From the IMG/VR virus record IMGVR_UViG_3300027917_000003, positions 1-61,712 of that record: a DNA stretch of 61,712 nucleotides; one strand, given 5' to 3'. Source of the stretch: a virus (lineage: Duplodnaviria > Caudoviricetes). A program made the position numbers and the translations under genes. How positions within the stretch are numbered: position 1 is the first letter of the stretch; the number at the start of each line of letters is the position of its first letter. Under the pieces are notes generated by a model. That model searched no databases. It was not told the DNA's origin and worked only from the letters and a program-made list of their open reading frames with translations. Positions 1 through 8,317 of the stretch are shown here, piece by piece.

Positions 1-99
1 TACTCCTTATTAGGTTCCAAGAACGCCGGACTTCATCGCCGTGTTGTTGAACGAGACGATGATGCGGTTGTACGCGGCGGTGTAGTCGTTGCCGGGGAT
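1..99. repeat. Terminal direct repeat, left copy (circular-assembly overlap)
   Basis: 1-99 identical to 61614-61712; the reading frame and RBS run across the junction into the capsid gene. Confidence 0.95.
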
Positions 100-699
100 G
101 GACTGGAGCGGGTTCGAGCCATCCGGGGCATAGTTGGCGAGGCCAACGATGCGGAAGGGATAGGTCGCCGCAGTGCCCATCACGCTGGTGCTGTCAGCGT
201 AGGCGGTCGAGATGCCGGTGGACACGTTGCCCGGCGTGGTGCCGAGGGTGTTCGTGTTGGTGCCGGTGCCCGTGCCGTAGGCCACGCCGATGTTCTCGCC
301 GATGTTGGCGACGCCAACGGCGGTGGAACCGGCCTGAACGATGAACTTCGCGTTCGGGTCGGTGATGACGTAAGCCTCAACGCCCGCGTTGGAGTTCACG
401 TCGCCGACGCCGGGGAAGTAGTTGGACCACACGGGGCGCTTCTGCGACACCGAGAGGTACTTGCAGCCGATGAACACGCCGACGAGGTAGCCGGAGCCAG
501 CCGCAGGGGTGTTGGTGGTGCTGTTGGTGCCGAGCTGGCAAATATAGCCAGTGCTCAACTGGGCGACGGGATCGCCAGAGAAGATCTGGGGATTGGTCGA
601 GCTGGAGGGAGAAATGGAGAGCGCGACCTGCTCATAGGTCGGGGCCGAACCAGTGCCCTGATACTGCTGGAAACCGTTGGGCGCATTGGTATTCGCCAT
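10..699 (-). CDS. Putative capsid decoration/minor head protein
   Basis: 229 aa, G/T/N-rich beta-type sequence; AGGAG RBS; directly upstream of the major capsid gene across the junction. Confidence 0.6.
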   Translation of the reverse strand: MANTNAPNGFQQYQGTGSAPTYEQVALSISPSSSTNPQIFSGDPVAQLSTGYICQLGTNSTTNTPAAGSGYLVGVFIGCKYLSVSQKRPVWSNYFPGVGDVNSNAGVEAYVITDPNAKFIVQAGSTAVGVANIGENIGVAYGTGTGTNTNTLGTTPGNVSTGISTAYADSTSVMGTAATYPFRIVGLANYAPDGSNPLQSIPGNDYTAAYNRIIVSFNNTAMKSGVLGT

Positions 700-839
700 G
701 ACGGGTTCTCCTTTTTACGGGAAAAGCTCGTCACTTCACACCGGGGAAGCTCAGAAGCCGGGGGTAGGCGAACCTCCCACGCCGGGGGGAGGTAAGGCAC
801 AGAGTGACCTTGAAGACGCAGCATATACACATTTGAAAC

Positions 840-869
840 AAAAGAAAAGGGGGCCCGTTACGGCCCCCT
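840..869 (-). terminator. Rho-independent terminator
   Basis: AGGGGGCC/GGCCCCCT stem followed by a U-rich tract on the minus strand. Confidence 0.75.
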
Positions 870-878
870 GATCGGTGC

Positions 879-1424
879 TTAGAGATCCTCGGGGATCGGC
901 ATGTCGAACGTCTTCTTGATGTTCGGGCGGACGCGGGGATCGTCGCGAGTGAAGGTGCCCTCGGGGGCGCCAGCGATCTGGGCCTCCTTGATGCGCACCT
1001 GCTCGCGGGCCTTGCGCAAGTCAATCCGGCGCACCTCCTCCGAGATCTCGGACGGGCGCTCCATGAGGACCATGCCTTTGCGCTCAATGGTGCCCTTGTC
1101 CCAATTGGAGGGCATCATTTGCGGGTGGCGTTTGGCCGGGACGGGCTCCCACCCCTCGCGGGCGAGCTGCACCGCGTAGGCGGGGTCCTCTTGGTTCCAA
1201 ATCGTGTGGCGCTTCCACTCGTAGGTCCAGCCGTCAGGAATGATGTCCTTCGGGATGTAGAACTCGTCGGTGCCCTCGTCCATGCCGCCGTTGTCGTTGC
1301 GGATTTGGGCCGCGCGGGCTGCGGCGCGGGCGCGGGGGTCTTCATCACGCAGTTCGGGTCTCATTGGGGTGCGCTCCGTGTTTGCCGACTTTTCGGCGAG
1401 GACTCGTTGGAATTTGTTGGTCAT
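879..1424 (-). CDS. Hypothetical head-module protein
   Basis: 181 aa, overlaps the scaffold stop (ATGA); lies between scaffold and capsid genes. Confidence 0.65.
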   Translation of the reverse strand: MTNKFQRVLAEKSANTERTPMRPELRDEDPRARAAARAAQIRNDNGGMDEGTDEFYIPKDIIPDGWTYEWKRHTIWNQEDPAYAVQLAREGWEPVPAKRHPQMMPSNWDKGTIERKGMVLMERPSEISEEVRRIDLRKAREQVRIKEAQIAGAPEGTFTRDDPRVRPNIKKTFDMPIPEDL

Positions 1425-2302
1425 TGCAGGCGCCCTTCCTTTTTGAGGAGCATCTTGTTGTCGTAGTAGGCCTTCTCGGACATGCCCATCGCGGCGGCAT
1501 GCTCCTTTTCAGCCGGGCTGAGGATGTAACCGTTGGACCGTGACCCAGTCCCGTTACCGCCGCGCGACACGGGCGCCGCCGGAGGAGCGTAGCGGCGCTG
1601 GGTCACCTTGGCGGCGCTGGACATGGCGTCGTCGTCCTGCTCCACCGGGGCGCGGCTGCGCAGGCGCAGGGTGTCCTCGATGGTGGCGAAATACTCGTCC
1701 GTGTCCGGCTGGAGCCCGTCGGCGACGGCCAGATTGTGGGCGGCGACCATCTTCTGGTACATGCGCGGGTCCGTTACGCACTGCGGATTGCGCCGGACCC
1801 AGTCAGCCGACCGGGGCGAGAGCTGCGAGGCCAGCTCCTCCACCGGGTCAGACCGGCGCGCAGGCTCCTGCGGCACGATCTTGGGCGCATTTTCCATGTG
1901 CGCCCGGCCCCTCTCCAGCTCCATGAGCTTCGCCGAGTTCATCGACAGGCTCTCTTGGATCTCCGCCGCCTTGGCGTAGTCGCCAACCGACAGGGCCTCG
2001 CTGTAGCTGTACTTGAGGATGTCGTTGTTGCGCTTCACCGTGTCGATGGCGTTCTTCACGAGCTGCAAGTTGGTGTCCTGCACCTCATTTTTGGCCTCGG
2101 CGGCGGTGTTGTAGGCCATTTTGGCCTGTTTTTCGGCCTCAATTCGGGCCATCCGCTCCTGTTCGAGCTTCAATTTCAGCTCTTGGATGCCCTCTTCGGG
2201 CTCAATTGCGTCAATTTGGGCCTTTTCGGGCGCGTCTTCGGCCTTCACGACCTCAACGGGGTCAATTTTGTCGTCTTCTGGCTTGTTTTCAGTGTCTGAC
2301 AT
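1421..2302 (-). CDS. Putative capsid scaffolding protein
   Basis: Acidic, helical/coiled-coil; start revised to MSDTENK after a GAGGA RBS; short C-terminal helix LSPAEKEHAAAMGMSEKAY; head-module position. Confidence 0.65.
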   Translation of the reverse strand: MSDTENKPEDDKIDPVEVVKAEDAPEKAQIDAIEPEEGIQELKLKLEQERMARIEAEKQAKMAYNTAAEAKNEVQDTNLQLVKNAIDTVKRNNDILKYSYSEALSVGDYAKAAEIQESLSMNSAKLMELERGRAHMENAPKIVPQEPARRSDPVEELASQLSPRSADWVRRNPQCVTDPRMYQKMVAAHNLAVADGLQPDTDEYFATIEDTLRLRSRAPVEQDDDAMSSAAKVTQRRYAPPAAPVSRGGNGTGSRSNGYILSPAEKEHAAAMGMSEKAYYDNKMLLKKEGRLQ

Positions 2303-2312
2303 GGGATTTTCC

Positions 2313-2723
2313 TCAGTAGACGGTGTCAGGGTGCGGGATGCGGGCGCGAATGGCGGCGTCATCGAACATCCGGCACAGAACGCCGTTGACGGTGATGTTC
2401 CACCCATCGCTGGGGCGGAAGACAATCCAGTCACCGACCTTCAAATTGAGGCCGCTGAACCACTTGCCGTCGCTCTCGACGAAGGCGGAGGGGCCGGTCT
2501 TGATGATCAGACCCACTTTGGACTGGTGGCGGTCCTCATCGCGGGCCTTGGCCGCCATGATGATGCCGCCCTTGGTCTTTTCGGGGCGGATATAGACCGC
2601 CACGAGCACTTGCGTGTTCAGCAACTCGACCTTGCTGATGTCGCCAAGGTCCTGAAGGAGCGCCTCCTTCGGATCGCTCTCGTGGAGCATGGCGATGTTG
2701 TGGTGTGCAGAGATGTTAGACAT
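2313..2723 (-). CDS. groES: GroES/Cpn10-like co-chaperonin
   Basis: Mobile-loop motif EKTKGGII, G..IKTGP, LKVGDWIVF. Confidence 0.8.
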   Translation of the reverse strand: MSNISAHHNIAMLHESDPKEALLQDLGDISKVELLNTQVLVAVYIRPEKTKGGIIMAAKARDEDRHQSKVGLIIKTGPSAFVESDGKWFSGLNLKVGDWIVFRPSDGWNITVNGVLCRMFDDAAIRARIPHPDTVY

Positions 2724-2734
2724 GGACCCCCTCC

Positions 2735-2947
2735 TTACTGGCCGCGTTCCTTGCGGTTACAGATCGTTGTTGCCTCGCCGCAAAACTCAAGGGCCATGCG
2801 GAGACCGGCGATAATTCCTACTTGGTGTCGGTAGGTTGGGAAATCAATCGTTGCCAGACCTGTGGAAAGGTTTTCCTTCCGGTCGTCGATGGCGTCGTCG
2901 ATTAATTTCTTCAGTTCGCGCTCAAAGAGCGTGTTGAACGTAAGCAT
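2735..2947 (-). CDS. Hypothetical protein
   Basis: 70 aa ORF with GAGGGG RBS, in operon. Confidence 0.7.
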   Translation of the reverse strand: MLTFNTLFERELKKLIDDAIDDRKENLSTGLATIDFPTYRHQVGIIAGLRMALEFCGEATTICNRKERGQ

Positions 2948-3051
2948 AGACCCCTCTTTGCTCCCCCTCGATGTAAGCGGGACGGCTGGTAGAGGGGGTC
3001 AAACCAGCCGTCCCTTTATCCGCAGGCAGTACCGATCTGCCCGCGAACTCT

Positions 3052-4272
3052 TTAGGCCCGGCGCTTCTGGATCTCGGTCTTCTCAAGGCGACCGACCCCA
3101 GAACCAGCGCCAGCGTCCATGTCCTTGTAGGAGCGATAGACCTTGCCACCGGCCTTGCGGCCCATCGGGGCGCCGCCAGCGGGCATGGGCATCGGCATGG
3201 GCATCGGCATGGGCATGGGGGCCGCAGCGGCGGGGGCGCCGCCCGGAGGCATGCCCATCGGCACGGGGACGCCGCCGGGACCGGCAGGACCGCCGGGAGC
3301 GCCGGGGCCAGTGGGCGGCACAGCGTCCATGCCGGGCTGCTTCTGGCCACCGTTGATGACAATGGCGATGTGGGTGCCCTTGGCCTTGCCGCCGGACTTG
3401 TAGCCCATCGGCTTACCGGCGCCCATGTTTGGCATCATCGGAGGCGCGGGCATGGCGGGGGCGGCGGCGACAGGCATCGCGTCGGGGCCGCCGAGGCCAC
3501 CGCCGTAATACTTGCCGGGGCGGTTCAGGCCCTTGAGCGTCTCGGCGAGGCGGGCGCGCTTGGCCAGCTTCGGGTCCTTGGAGTGCTCGGCCTTCTCCAG
3601 CTTCTTCTCGGGGATCTTCTTGCCCTCGGGGACGCCCAGCTCCTTGTGGAGCGCGCCCTTGTGCTTGATGGCCCCGGCGATCCACTTCTCGCCGCCTTCG
3701 GCCTTGCCGGTGCGGGCGGAAGGCTTCACCATCTTTTTGATGAGGGCCTTGTCCTCGGCCACGTCCTCGTGGACCTTGCCGCCCTTCTTGTAGACCTCTG
3801 CCTTGCCGCGCTTGGGCTTGGACAGGTCCTGATCGTGCTTGGCGATCTTCTTCTGTTCACCAAGGCTTACGCCGGGCTTGCCCGCAGGCATTTCCATCGG
3901 GCCGAACTTGACGTTGCCGCCAGCCTTGCGCTCGGCGCGGCCACCCGACTTCAGGGCGCCAATGTGCTTCTTGCCGGGGCGCTCGGCGTTCGCTTCCTTC
4001 TGGTCGCGATTGATGAGGCTGTCGGCGGTGATGGCGCGGCCACCGGACTTGCGGGGCTTGCGGCCCGCGTGGCAGTCCTCCTTCATGCCCTCAATCTTGC
4101 CGCCCGACTTGTAGGCGCGCTTGGAGATCGGGCGCATGCCCGTCTTCACGTCCGCATTCAGCGGCTCGGCGGGCGACCAGTCGGAGCTGTCCACCTTGCT
4201 GTCCTTCTCGCCGGACAGGCGCTTGGCCTTGCCCTTCATGGCCTCGCGGGCCTTTTTCGCCATCTCATACAT
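3052..4272 (-). CDS. Lys/Pro/Gly-rich putative internal head protein with repeated K-x-GG motifs
   Basis: GAGGAG RBS; about nine xKxGG-type motifs; Pro-Met repeat. Confidence 0.65.
   Translation of the reverse strand: MYEMAKKAREAMKGKAKRLSGEKDSKVDSSDWSPAEPLNADVKTGMRPISKRAYKSGGKIEGMKEDCHAGRKPRKSGGRAITADSLINRDQKEANAERPGKKHIGALKSGGRAERKAGGNVKFGPMEMPAGKPGVSLGEQKKIAKHDQDLSKPKRGKAEVYKKGGKVHEDVAEDKALIKKMVKPSARTGKAEGGEKWIAGAIKHKGALHKELGVPEGKKIPEKKLEKAEHSKDPKLAKRARLAETLKGLNRPGKYYGGGLGGPDAMPVAAAPAMPAPPMMPNMGAGKPMGYKSGGKAKGTHIAIVINGGQKQPGMDAVPPTGPGAPGGPAGPGGVPVPMGMPPGGAPAAAAPMPMPMPMPMPMPAGGAPMGRKAGGKVYRSYKDMDAGAGSGVGRLEKTEIQKRRA
3181..3219 (-). repeat. 6-bp tandem repeat encoding (Pro-Met)n
   Basis: GGCATG/GGCATC units encoding PMPMPMPMPMPMP. 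Confidence 0.8.
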
Positions 4273-4335
4273 GCTTTCGCTCCTCGGAGGTTACGGGCGT
4301 CCCCGTTGCTGCCTGAATGGATAGCTTGGGCAACA

Positions 4336-7300
4336 TCAAGCTTGCCGGGATACTAACATAAGGGCGCGATCAACGACAGAGCCGCCATGCTTGCGTCCCT
4401 CGGCGGCAGGAGAAGGTTCTTCGCCACCTTCTCGCATAAGCTCAGGAGCCATTGATCCCGCAGCCGTAACGCCTGCGGCGCCGTAGAGCGGGATCTCGCT
4501 GCGAACGAGGCCGCGACGGACGATCTCGTCTTTCGGCATGCCGGTGATGCGATGAGTGCGCTCAATGGCCTCGTTGACGATGCCAATCATTGGCTGCGCC
4601 TTGAAGCCGCCGGGCGTTTTCATGTCTTTAATGCCTGCCCAACCCACTTCTTGGAAGTAACGAGGATCGTAACCCATAGATCCGGCAAGATCGCTTAAAG
4701 CCCCTTCGTAATGACCGTAGCTTCCCGTGGGAGGCATACTCATTTTTGGGTCCCATGCGCCGCTCATCTGCTCGTCAATGGTCGGTGTTTTTTTGCCGAG
4801 GAAGTTGGCGGAAAAGTTGTACCTTTTGGGGTTTTCATAGGTCAGGCCTTCGCCCTCCATGATCATCTTGCGATACTGGTCCATGTTGTTTTGGATGCCG
4901 TATTTCCCGCCCGCGACCGGGAAAGGATACTCATAGGCCTTCGTCGGCATTGGCTCGCCGCGAGCGTGGAGATAGTTGCCGAAATGAGCCATCATCAAAT
5001 TAGATGTAGGATCTGCGCCGCCAGTGGTCGCTGCCATTGCGTCAGGGAATTTCTCCTTGAACATTTTGCGGCCCAACTCTGGGCCGTATTCATTGATAAA
5101 TTCACGCTCAAGCTGGCCCATGAAGTACCAATTTTCGGCCATCTCCTTTTGTTTCAAGCCGTGCTCGAAGCCCGCTTGGAGATTTTCCATTGCCTGCGGG
5201 TCGCGAGCTTTTTCCTCATAAGCAGCAATCGCCTTCGGCGACTTCATTTGCACAAGTTCGCGCGTGTTTGGCTGGATCTCAGGATAATGAGAGGGATCAA
5301 CGTCAAAACGCTCTGACAGCGGGAAGTAGGGCTCATAGTTCCCGGCGTTGATTTCCTTTTGAGCCGCGATGCGCGCCTTCTGAACAGCAATTGCTTCAGG
5401 GCTCAAGGTCTTAGCCAAGAACTCTTTGCCGGTTTTCTTGTCGATGGCCGGAACGGGCGGCACCATTTCAGGATAGCGTTCTGCAACTTGGGGGAAAACG
5501 CCGACTTTAGCCGGAGATTTTTCTGCCGCTTTGCGAACAAGCTTCAGCGCGGCGCCGGTCAACCCGCCGCCTTCAAAATGATCACGCATGTCTTCGCCTT
5601 TCATTACCTCGCCCCCACGGGCATGGGCGGACTGGCCGCGCAGGATGCTCTCGCGCATGGCGGGGGTGATGGTGATTTCGTGGACCGGCTGATTGTAGCC
5701 CTGATAGAGCAGGTCACGCGCCTTGTCAGCCTCGCGGAAGCTGCCAAACCTCGGCGACAATTCCGTAATGCCTTCGCGGTCTGGATGGCGCCCGGACACC
5801 CAATACTGGCCGCCCTCGTTTTCAATTTGGGCCGAGTAGGGCCATGAGTCGCCGGGAGCGAGGTTGCTCACATAGCCTCGGCCAACCTTGACGCTCGGAT
5901 CATGCTTTTTGGTCAGCAACTGGAGCCGCTTGGGAACCATCTCGTCGTAATAGCCGAGCATACCTTGGCCGCCGACAGTGAGGTCGAGGCCTTCGATGCT
6001 CTTGTGATTGCGTCCGCGATAGGACTTGCCCTCGTCGTTGACGATCTTGTTCGCCACGTCCTTGCCGAGGTATTGTTCCAGCTCTTTGGCGGTGAATACG
6101 TCTTGCGGAAGATCGACGCTGTCGCCTTCTTTGTTCACAATCCCCAAGCGGTAGGCGTCGTCGCCTTCTTTCATGTAGTCAATTGAGTTCACTTGATTGC
6201 TCAGGCTGTACCGCTTTGCCTGATCAGCGCCCTGCGTGAAGGCGACCTTGTCATAGCCATTGTCCACCGCGTCCTTGAGAATGCGCTTCAGGGTCAGGTC
6301 AGTCCATTGCTGGGTGTTGCCGACATACGGCCCCATAGGAACGCCAGTATCCTGCATTGCCTCTTGCTGCCTGCGAACGTCAATTAGACCTTGCAGGTCT
6401 TGGCTGGTCTGGCGCACTCGATTGACCGACGCTTCAAAGTCGGGGTGCGTCCTCAGTACCTCTTGGCGCATGGCCTCATGCGCTTGCTGGGCGCGATTGT
6501 ACTCACCGGGGGACATTGTCCTTGGGTCAGGCATCTTTTCAATAGATTGGTTGATCTGTTTGAGCAGTTCCTGATGGCTGTTCGCGGCCTCATTGTAGGC
6601 GTCCTCGGCGGCGCCAAGTTTGGCCTCGAACGCCGGATCTGCGGGCTTTATAAATCCAAAATCGGACGGCACAACTTTGGTGGCCTCTTCTTTTGAAAGG
6701 CCCCGCTCTTTCATCACGCGCTTGACTTCGTCGTTGCGGATGTCGCGAGCCGCCTGCGCCCAGTCGCTTTGCAGCTCATCCACAAGCATGATTTTTTCGC
6801 CGTTCGGGCCGATCTTGGTCTTCCGGCGGTAATGCGCGACGACGTTCTCGTCACCGGGCCAGTGGGAAGATCGGAACACAGGATTGCGTTCGGCGATCTC
6901 GCGTGGCGATACTATTGCACCTTCAGGAGCGGCGGCTTGCGCCTCTTCCCGTGTAGCAAACGTGCTCTTGCTGTTAGTTTGTGTAGCAGGGTCAAACCAT
7001 TCAAATGCAAAATCGCGTTCTTGCCTATTGGGCGCCATCAGCCGGACTTCGCGGTAGTCCTCGCCGCCGGGGGTGGAGTACCGCTCAAAGCGCGTCGGAG
7101 ACCCAGCAGATCCCTGCCAATTTTCGGCCCACAGGCGCAATTGGGTGTCGTTTTGGGGATGGCCGCCCTGCTCGACGATATACTTGTCGTAGAGGTCGTC
7201 GTAGTTGGCCCTAAACTCGGCGTCAGACATTTTCTTGCGGGAACCGCCCGATACGCGCTCGGTGATTTGCGGCATCGTGTCCATAAAGTGCTGGGCGATC

Positions 7301-8316
7301 TCCTCGCGGGTCACAATCGGGCGCCCGCCGAAGGTCTGGAGATAGCTCTCCATCTCAGGCCCCTTTACGCCCGCCTTCTCAAGCATCGAGCGGAATTGCT
7401 GCGGCGAGCCCTTGGCCTGCGACAACCCACGCGCCGCCTCGGCCCCGTGGCTGTAGAAGCCCAGCGGCGACAGTTCGCGGGGGATCGCCATGCGGGCGAC
7501 TTCCATCGCCTTGGACAGTTTGCTCGCCTCGGCGTCTTCGGGCGCCAGCATGGCTCCGGCTGCGGTGGCGGCGCCTGCGGCTCCGGGCGATGGCATGCGC
7601 ACCCTGTCCCACGGCTGCGTGGCCATCCGCTCCAGACTGCCCGCCCTAGCGAACGGCGTGACCATGCCCCGGACGCCGCCGGTCAGGGCCGCGTCGGCCA
7701 CCATCTCAGCCGCCTGCGCGTCCTTCAGGTTTCCCGTGATGCGCAGATATGGGTCGCGCACCAGAACGCGCTCCAAGGCCGTCAGCGGGGCCATGCCAGC
7801 GCCCAGAAACCCTCCGGCCATGCCGAGAGCCCCGGCGCCGTAGTTGCCCTCCTTGGCCGCTTTCCAGCCCTCCCTGATGGCTTCGGAGTTTTCGTCCATC
7901 GCCTCGCCCCAACGCTTCCAGTAGCTACCGGGGACGCGCTGCGGCATGTATTTGTCCCAGCCCGTGGGGGCGGCGGACATGAAGGTCTCGCCCTTCGGCA
8001 ACTCGCCCTCTACGCCCAAGGCGCGCGTCAGGCGCTCGCCCTCGGTCGATCCGGCGTCGGACCATGTGCGTTCGGCGGGATTGTAGGCGGGCTGGCGCGC
8101 GGCCTGCCGGACCACGCTCTCTGGCATTGGCATGTAGGAGAAGGTCGGTGGCGCGGGCGTGGGCTCCCTGCCCGACCCGCCAGCCTCGTCGGCGACGGGG
8201 ACCTTGCCACGGTAGATCGTCAGCGGGCGGGGCTGGTCAGGATCGACGTAGCTTCCGTCCTCGCCGTCGAAGTGGCGGCGGAGCATGTGGAGGGCATGAT
8301 CGACCGGGTCATCCAT
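4336..8316 (-). CDS. Large multi-domain (polyvalent-type) virion-associated protein
   Basis: 1326 aa next to the portal; LGFYS...GSPQQF and AHYR...G.K.MLVDELQSDW modules; C-terminal module with TID...Q..GW. Confidence 0.6.
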   Translation of the reverse strand: MDDPVDHALHMLRRHFDGEDGSYVDPDQPRPLTIYRGKVPVADEAGGSGREPTPAPPTFSYMPMPESVVRQAARQPAYNPAERTWSDAGSTEGERLTRALGVEGELPKGETFMSAAPTGWDKYMPQRVPGSYWKRWGEAMDENSEAIREGWKAAKEGNYGAGALGMAGGFLGAGMAPLTALERVLVRDPYLRITGNLKDAQAAEMVADAALTGGVRGMVTPFARAGSLERMATQPWDRVRMPSPGAAGAATAAGAMLAPEDAEASKLSKAMEVARMAIPRELSPLGFYSHGAEAARGLSQAKGSPQQFRSMLEKAGVKGPEMESYLQTFGGRPIVTREEIAQHFMDTMPQITERVSGGSRKKMSDAEFRANYDDLYDKYIVEQGGHPQNDTQLRLWAENWQGSAGSPTRFERYSTPGGEDYREVRLMAPNRQERDFAFEWFDPATQTNSKSTFATREEAQAAAPEGAIVSPREIAERNPVFRSSHWPGDENVVAHYRRKTKIGPNGEKIMLVDELQSDWAQAARDIRNDEVKRVMKERGLSKEEATKVVPSDFGFIKPADPAFEAKLGAAEDAYNEAANSHQELLKQINQSIEKMPDPRTMSPGEYNRAQQAHEAMRQEVLRTHPDFEASVNRVRQTSQDLQGLIDVRRQQEAMQDTGVPMGPYVGNTQQWTDLTLKRILKDAVDNGYDKVAFTQGADQAKRYSLSNQVNSIDYMKEGDDAYRLGIVNKEGDSVDLPQDVFTAKELEQYLGKDVANKIVNDEGKSYRGRNHKSIEGLDLTVGGQGMLGYYDEMVPKRLQLLTKKHDPSVKVGRGYVSNLAPGDSWPYSAQIENEGGQYWVSGRHPDREGITELSPRFGSFREADKARDLLYQGYNQPVHEITITPAMRESILRGQSAHARGGEVMKGEDMRDHFEGGGLTGAALKLVRKAAEKSPAKVGVFPQVAERYPEMVPPVPAIDKKTGKEFLAKTLSPEAIAVQKARIAAQKEINAGNYEPYFPLSERFDVDPSHYPEIQPNTRELVQMKSPKAIAAYEEKARDPQAMENLQAGFEHGLKQKEMAENWYFMGQLEREFINEYGPELGRKMFKEKFPDAMAATTGGADPTSNLMMAHFGNYLHARGEPMPTKAYEYPFPVAGGKYGIQNNMDQYRKMIMEGEGLTYENPKRYNFSANFLGKKTPTIDEQMSGAWDPKMSMPPTGSYGHYEGALSDLAGSMGYDPRYFQEVGWAGIKDMKTPGGFKAQPMIGIVNEAIERTHRITGMPKDEIVRRGLVRSEIPLYGAAGVTAAGSMAPELMREGGEEPSPAAEGRKHGGSVVDRALMLVSRQA

Positions 8317-8317
8317 C

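Noticed and set aside
1-99. Biological terminal repeat
   Set aside because: The exact 99-bp overlap falls within a gene and matches a typical assembler k-mer; it indicates circular assembly, not physical genome ends
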